From the human T2T-CHM13v2.0 reference genome, Homo sapiens: a DNA stretch of 64,000 bases. The notes under the pieces are model-generated. The model was not told the DNA's origin and made no database searches. It saw only the letters and a list, made by a program, of their open reading frames with translations. The position numbers and the translations under genes were made by a program. The stretch lies in assembly GCF_009914755.1 (NCBI RefSeq), contig NC_060945.1; one strand, 5' to 3'. Below, in pieces: positions 54,509 to 64,000 of the stretch. Every line of letters starts with the position of its first letter. The stretch's first letter is position 1.

Positions 54509-57204
54509 AATAGTCATTATTATATTGATTATATATTATATTGTCCTAATCAAATATAGGTAGAGATACAGATAGTACAGGCTTAAAACAGCACAAATAT
54601 ATTTCTTGAATTTTCCTAAAATATCAAATTTCCTGTCCATAGTATTATTTTTATGATCGGAAGTCTAGGCCAAAACTGATTGTTTTTAACCATATAGGTC
54701 CTAGTAAATACACATTTTTTAAAAAATCTGTACTCTCCTACAATCCCAGTTGCCTCCAGACACTTAGGTTATATGATCTGGAGCAATTATCCCATAAGCT
54801 GTAGTAAATTATCACACTTAAACATGAAAAGTTCAACTCCTCTAGGGAATGGTGTATGTATAACCTGGTCTTTGGAAGTTTCCCATTCAATTTAGCACTA
54901 AGCTAGTTCTCTAGCTTCTAGTACATTATGAAAACACTGCATGAGTTATGTAACACATCCTTTGACTATTTGTAGTTAAAAAAATTCTTCAACACTTTAT
55001 TCAAACCAGGTCACAAGTCTCATTATTCTGGCCAAACTCCAAATTAAATAATGACATTCTCTTCTACATATCAACCCTTCTTTCACAGAAGAGAAAAATA
55101 GTAACTTCAATCCACAGTCTCACGGGATTTTAGAAAGCAATTATATGTCCAAATACAAGTCAAAAGTAGAAACTAGATTCACAACCCAAAAACATCTCAC
55201 AAGGTAAGGAATAACTATGTGTGCAAATAGAGGAGCAAATCGCATTTGGAACTTTAATTAACCACATGATCTGAGAGCTGGCATTCAGAAGTTATTAAAG
55301 GAAAGGAATATATAATATAAGGAGTTTCCAAAAGAGTGTCTTATGTCATGGAAAGGTGTTAAGGACTCTTATTCAAAGGATTTTTCCATTGACTAAAGGG
55401 AAAGGTTTGCCCTGAGTAATGTGCTCATGACGAGAAATTTAATAACAAGGATGAAACCATTTTACCAGGAATGATTCAGGAATACAATGCCTTAGGTACT
55501 TAAGTAGTTGTAATTGATACCAACCAAAAATGACCACATTTCCTCACATATGTCTTTAGTTACATCCCACATTTCTGATGAAAACAAGGTTGCTAGCTGG
55601 TCCCTAATGGTGTCATTTTTTGTGTCATTAACTTAATTTGCTTTTTATTAAGTTCTAGTCCTGATCAATTATAATAGATTCTAGGAAACAACTCAAATAA
55701 TGTTTCTGGTAAATAAAATGCTCCCATCACTAAATAAGAATGACTAATGATACAACAAAAAAGGAAATGCCTCAGACTCTTACGGAAACAAATTATCCTC
55801 CTTTTCTCCTTGAATAAGTTTGTATCTACTCTTTTAGGGGACAAGTATATGGAAAAAGTCAATAAACAGAAACCGTCGGAACTTGCCTAATGACATTACC
55901 AACATGTTCAAAAAAAGTAGATTCTTGAGAATTTTATAATAAAACGTAACAGATTTATTATTCCATTTTTACTCTTTACAAAACAGGTGCACTAACCACA
56001 ATTGGCTTTAATAATGAAAGTATTTCAAATATCGTATTCAACAATGAAATCACAACTCCCATAAACCGTGCTTTCAATCCCTGGTGCTTCTTTAAACTCT
56101 GAAGAACTTTAAAATTTGAAAATAAAAAATAAATAAAATGAATTTTTCGTTTTAAAATTTTAAAACAACTTAAAAAAATTCCAATACCTGGAATATAAAG
56201 TTAGAATATGGAAATAAAGGCCTGGCCATCAGCTAGTTTTTAAAACTCCTGAGTGTGCATGTTAGATTGAGAACTACTGCTCTAAGGAATGTTTTACATT
56301 TCAAATATTCAGACAGAGGCCAAGTTCCTGTTCTAACAATTTAATTAATTGTTATGAAATGGTGAGGGGGTTCACACTCTTGAATACTACTTTGTGAACA
56401 AGGATCTCTCCCACACCTTCCCAGTGACAGTTGCTAATAACGTCTTTGAAGTTAAGTCTGCATGAAAGGGCAATGTAAAAATCCTTTTTATAACTGGAAA
56501 TGAATCAGACAAGCTTCTCAGCTACTCCCTAACCAAATTCCAGTAAATCTTATATTATTTGGCCCATTTTCCCTAACTCCTGTTGCGATTTAATTCTGCT
56601 TCAGTCCTATCCAAATTACCACTCTCAAAAGATTTTGCTTAGCAAATAACTTTTTAAGCTATATTATCAGTTCTTGTCAAAATTGCATGTTGGAGCCTGG
56701 AAAATATCATTTTAATACTAAAAATCCCTCTAGTAACTCAATTACTTCGGGATTTTGTCATGTGTGTGAAAAGAGTATTTAGTTCCAAAAATAGAGAGAC
56801 TTCTAAGGTAGGGCAATTTTGTTAGGTGGTTTTTTTTTTTCTTTTTCTTTTTTAGGTGAGTATTTTAATTTAAAGTTCAAAACAAGTTCAGCAGATTAGA
56901 ATCCCAGATTTTTTTTAGTGGGGGTATTATCCTCATTTTATTATTAAAGGGTGAAATTAAGCCATAGAATTTCTTCTTAGGAAGCTCCCTCCTAGGTAAT
57001 GCAGCTATCAAGCTATGGACAAACCATTTCACATGGTTATTTCTTTAACAGTATAAAGTACACAAGTGATTCAGCTGGGGCTTTATTCTTGCCTGCGTTT
57101 CTAGAATGCTTCTAACCTAAGGCAGCATTTAAGGTGTTTTATCCCAACATCTGGAAGTCATCATCTAAACACTCATACCATTACCCCATGTCTAATCTTT
57201 TGTT

Positions 57205-58130
<926 letters not shown>

Positions 58131-58141
58131 GGCTGAGACGT

Positions 58142-58142
<1 letters not shown>

Positions 58143-58181
<39 letters not shown>
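58143..58181. repeat. (GT)n microsatellite
   Basis: Seen directly. Confidence 0.97.
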
Positions 58182-58184
<3 letters not shown>

Positions 58185-58823
58185 AAACTGTTTCAAGAAG
58201 GTGTTTATAAAAAGTTTAATATAAATTCAGGAAACTGCCCAAATCATAAATGCTCAACCGGGAAGATTTTCCAAAGTGAATATAATATATGTGTATATCA
58301 ATCACCCAGAACCAAAAACTGTTACCAGCATCACCAAAACCTCTTCAGGCTTTTCTGTCAGTATCCCTACCCCACACTTCTGGCAAATATGACCATTTTC
58401 TTGACTTTTTATGTTATTATATTAGTTTTGAATGTTTTCAAAATTTATGCAAATGAAAGAATACTCTACTAAATAGTTTTGTGTCTGGGATTTTTTTTTC
58501 TCAAATTATGTTTGGAGAGTATCTTTCTTATTCTATGAAATAATAGTTGGTTAAGGCAGTCATCATAATCTTTCAAAAGATTTATGTAATTAATGTTTGC
58601 TTATTACTCTTGTATCCAGTAGAAAGCTAACCTTACTAATTCTAATAATCTCTAGGTTGTTTTAGATTTTCTAGTTAAAACTGTATTTGCCTATAAAAGT
58701 GACAGCTTTTTTCTGTTTTCCATGTTTCTAACTTTATTTTTCTTTCTTCCTTGCCTTTTATAGGGCTTTCAATACAATCTTGTAAACAAGTTATTAAAGC
58801 AGACATCCTAGGATCATTTCTAA

Positions 58824-59476
<653 letters not shown>

Positions 59477-60989
59477 TATACTAGTTTATTTTTAAATACC
59501 ATACGTCAAATTAAAAATGTTCTCTTCTATTCTAAGTTTATGAGGTTTACAATAAATAGAATAAAATTTTATTGAGTATTTTTCTGCTGTTTTACTCATT
59601 CTCTTGCCACTTTTGGTAAGTTATGGTTTTCTAGGCACCTCCTTATTTCATCTAAAATTTCAAATTTATTTACATAATTTTATTGGCATAAATAACCTTT
59701 ATGGAATATCCAACTATTATAAAATAAGTCTTTGTATATAGACTTGTGTTCTTGAGTAGGCTTCCTGGATATTCATGGGTAAATTACTATATAACTCAAG
59801 ATTCTGCATATGGTTCTGCAGGCTGAGCATTGTACAAACCTAGGGAATGGTATTAACTATGGACTGTGTTGTGTGTGGTGGTGCTGGAATGGGGCTACCA
59901 GTTTTGATGGACAGGGTTAAGGTAAAAACTGCCCTTGCTCATGCACATCATGCCCACAGGTGCATAAGGGCACTGCTGGGGCTAGGTACTCTCCACAGTA
60001 GGTAGGATAAGCAGAATGTGTTCCAGTGGGGTCATCCTCTGCAGCTTCTTCACCATGAGTGGATGGGCAAATTCCAGGCTATGGGCCGGCTTAATTATTT
60101 CAAACCTGGGTGGAAGGTATGATGCTCCATCACAGTCTCCAACCCATTTATTGCCAGAGAGACCAACAGAATGCAGGGTGTAAATATCATGAATACATCT
60201 TCCAGCATGACACTCATTTGGTATTGATTATTTATTTGTAAATACCACAGTATGTATTTATTATTTGTAAACACCTCTATATCCTGGAGAGAAACGCCTG
60301 TGAGTGGTAGGTTTCCACTACCAAACTTCACCTGGCATTTCATATGATAAAACTAGCACTCTAAAAACACAGTGTTATTCCTTTGACACACTATAATATT
60401 TAAAAATTGCTTACAAGGAAGCTAATCAAAAGAAAGATGTTCACGATGACTAAATGTGGTATGCCAATAAACATACTGTAAGAAGGTGTTTGGAAAAATA
60501 GGAGAAAGGGATTGAAGTTGTTTCTGCAAAATGTGAGCATATTAAGTAATCGTTTTATACAGAAAATGATTTACAAGCAATGCTAGTTGTGTAAAGATTG
60601 CAAAATGTTTCCACTTTATAACTGTCACCAAACAAGGGGGGAAGTTTCCTTTAAGTAAGAATTTGAATAGCTTTTTGACTTTAAAATTGAGAGTTCAGCA
60701 AAGGTATGTTTCTTTATGAAATCAGCAGACAATTATTGATCATCAACTGTGACGGAGAACACAACATTTGAAGTTTCTTGCTCTTCTACGATCTAGATGC
60801 TTTAGTTGACTGCAAAAGCCAACATAACAGCTGTTTTGTTTTTATTTCATTATTCACTGTGACCACTTCCAGAAGCATTAGCATGGCCAAAGTAAAATCG
60901 GAAAATCCCACTCTGGGAACGTGAAGATGGATGAAAAGGGATGACTTGGGTCATCCCGTTTTTACGTTTAAGCACGTCAAAAATTTATT

Positions 60990-61370
60990 CCTATGACGTT
61001 CTGCAAAATACCTGCCCAGTACCCTCTGAACTATAAAGGTCATCAGAAACAACAAAAATCTTAGAAACTGTCACAGCCAAGGGGATCCTAAGGAGATATG
61101 ACAACTAAGTATAATGTACTTTTCTGGATGAGATCCTGGAGCAGAAAAAAACAATGACTTAGGTAAAAACCGGAGAAATTATTCTGAATCAAATATGGGC
61201 TATAGTTACAAATAATGAATCAATATTGGTTCATTAATTATCATGAATGTAAATACTAATTTGTTAATAAAAGGGGAAACTGAGAGTGAGGGATATGAGA
61301 ATTCTCTGAAATATATCATAACCTTTCTGTAAATTTAAATTGATTTTAAAATTAAAAGCTTTTTTAAAAA
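60990..61370 (+). mobile_element. L1MC4-like 3' UTR fragment
   Basis: gaaactgtcacagccaaggggatcctaaggagatatgacaactaa...ggatgagatcctgga...caatattggttcattaatt. Confidence 0.8.
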
Positions 61371-61657
61371 CAATAATTTATAAATGTGTTTTCACTGAAA
61401 AAAAGCTAAGTTTTTTTTTCTCAGCTTGTGCAACTTTATTATACATTTGTTTAATGCACTATCTGACTGCGATGATATATCTACCATATGGTCTCTCATT
61501 TTGTATATAGTATTTATAGAGCAATTCGTGGCTGTACAGTGAGATGTTTGGTTAGGATAATGTCTAAGATTAATCAGTAATTCTGATTAAGCCTCTACCA
61601 TGTGCAACAAAGTACATTCTAAATGCTTTGGTAAATACCCAGGTAAATGAGAAATGA

Positions 61658-61957
<300 letters not shown>

Positions 61958-62034
61958 ATAAATCTTACTTTAATCTAGAAGAGAACATAAGATACACACA
62001 AGCATCTATAATACAGTACGAGAAGTAATAAGAC

Positions 62035-62790
62035 TGTAGAGGATGTTGCTGTGTGTCATCCCGATCTTGCCTTTAGGGCAGAGGCATTTATTTCTCCAGC
62101 TTGCTGGCTTGTCATATGGGTTACTTTTTAGAGCCCAGTGAGCTTGGATTTGACAAGACATGTCCTCAAAAAAAAAAAAAGAGATAGAACAAATTATTGC
62201 ATCTCACGCTTCCGAGCACTAAGAAAGCAGATTTTGAGGCATCTTTGAGTTCTGGAGGAGCCGTATGACACACTTGAGAATACCGCTCTAAGTATTTTAT
62301 AGACAGCAGTGGAAGGCTGACAGCTTTGAGTGGACCAGAGCAGGAAAAGGCTCTGCAGTTTGTGGTGAGCAAGGGGCCCTGGAAACCTGTCATATAATCT
62401 GGCAGTTTCAATCTGGCAGTTTCAATTATTCTGGAAATAAGAAAGATGCCTTGTGAAGAGAGAAAAATATAGGCTTCTAGCATTCTATAAGAAGACAATA
62501 TACAGTAGAAAACTAGGCACCATTTGAAAAGCATCTTTTGTTATGCCACTGGTATATGTAGAGACCAAAAGGCCACGTATACCAAGTGTCCGTGAAATCA
62601 GAGCCACCCAGTATGAGGTGTGTATTATTACACTAATCGTGTCATGAGACTGAACAGACCCAGTAGCAATTCTTCATGGGATGAAAGTGGTACTCCCAAG
62701 ATCAGGCAGAAGCGGGGCTGGAAGAGTCATAAGTAAGCTGCAGGGAGAGGTATTCCAAACTCCTATCTCACCAATGAGCTCACACGTGCA
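62035..62790 (+). mobile_element. Deleted ERVL provirus: LTR16-like 5' stub joined to degenerate pol (RT-connection/RNase H region)
   Basis: tgtagaggatgttgc...gaggcatttatttctccagc resembles the LTR16 start; caaattattgcatctc, ctttgagttctggagg, agctttgagtggaccagagcaggaaaaggctctgcag (FEW.PEQEKALQ) and aagtggtac...gatcaggc (KWY..D.A) resemble ERVL pol. Confidence 0.7.
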
Positions 62791-63499
62791 GACCTCAACA
62801 ATTAAAAATAAAAACGATCCAGGGCAGAGCCTTTTCTCTTAAACATGTCTTAAGACTTACATGTGTAGGTATATCTGCATATCCTAAATGTTAATTATAC
62901 CATTTTATATGTTTTTATGCTTAAGCTAACAACTATTTTGCTATTTAATATATAGATTTCCTCTACCCCTCATATAGTGTGCTGTGAATATTTCAAAAAA
63001 CAATGTTTATTTTCTTTTTCATAAAGTTTCTACTAAAATTTCTCTTAGAAATTATTTTGGAGACATCGTTGCACTTGGCCGAAGTTAACAGTCATTGAAA
63101 TGAAGATTCAGATATTTCTAGGAACCGCCTCCCAACACCTTCATTTTCCTGTCTCCACGTTAGTGACAGATTATGTCCAATGTAGGTGAAACACACATTA
63201 TACTAAGCAGAAACAAAATACGTTTTTAGAGTGAAAGAGAAACCTTAATCTTGTAAAATATACATTGAAAAAAAAAGAATAAGTTTGTACTGCTTAGGAC
63301 AAAAAAGCTGCATTAGTTATTTTTTTTCCATTTAGCGTTTTAATTGACAGATGACAGGTTGTATATTTTTATAGTGTTCACATGATGTTTTGCTATAACC
63401 CTCAGTTATTTTAACAAGGAAAATTAGTATAAGTGCTCTTCATTAGGTAGTAAAGAACTGGAAAGGTAAAAATTTCAAAAGTATTCCAGAGATAGCAAC

Positions 63500-64000
63500 T
63501 GTTGAAAGAAGCCATCGCCCTTAGGGCTGGGTTGGGGGAGGCAAAAAGAAGCACTTAAAATTATTAAAACTTAGAAATTTGAGGAAAGAGTCCCAGGGAA
63601 CTGGAAGTCAGACCTCTTTGAGAAAGGGACATCGTTAGGCTGGTGGTGCATGTGCCTCCAAGAGGAAACAATGAAGAGTGACTGTGAATGCTGGAAAGAC
63701 CCACAAACGTTGCACTGGAACAAACAGTGACTGTCAGGGTGAACAAATGTTCCTGGAGTGATGCTAATCGGAACAGGATGCAAAAATTGAAACAGAAAAC
63801 AAATAAGAATGAGCATCTCTAGTTGCTCCTCCTCCAGCCGTCCCTCTCCATTCTCTTTCTCTAGTGACCCCTACTGGCCGATTTCAACAGGGACCCCACC
63901 AAGGCTGAAATAAGATTCAGCAAGTAAATAAGGTTCAGCAAGTACATAAAACTCAGGTTCAGTATCCCAAAGCAGAGCATAGAAGAGAGGATTTGCAAAG
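63500..64000 (-). mobile_element. Ancient ERVL-type LTR remnant
   Basis: ctctagtgacccctactggccga...aacaggga...aaagcagagcatagaagagaggatttg resembles the LTR33/LTR16-related termini. Confidence 0.4.

Overview
This is primate (human-like) genomic DNA: AT-rich, gene-poor and dominated by transposable elements (Alu, L1PA/L1MA/L1MB/L1ME/L1MC, L2, MIR, MaLR THE1/MST/MLT1, ERVL MLT2/LTR16/LTR41, ERV1 LTR12/LTR28-like/MER34-like, Tigger2a, MER5) plus microsatellites. I find no credible host protein-coding gene, RNA gene, CRISPR array or novel multi-gene system. The recognisable ORFs are L1 ORF1/ORF2 remnants, Alu-derived frames or simple-repeat frames; the rest look like chance frames. The interesting signal is structural. 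(1) A composite insertion at 10345-12986: a twin-primed L1 carrying a ~650-bp 3' transduction with its own AATAAA and A29 tail, later invaded by an LTR12 solo LTR whose promoter points into it. (2) An L1PA7-like element at 28.5-30.4 kb bracketed by a ~180-bp, ~96% identical inverted duplication of its own 3' junction plus unique flank. (3) A foreign filler fragment with a fold-back junction inside an old L1. (4) Three independent twin-primed L1 inversions within 20 kb. Repeat subfamily names come from my recall of consensus sequences, not from a database run, and boundaries without TSD support are approximate.
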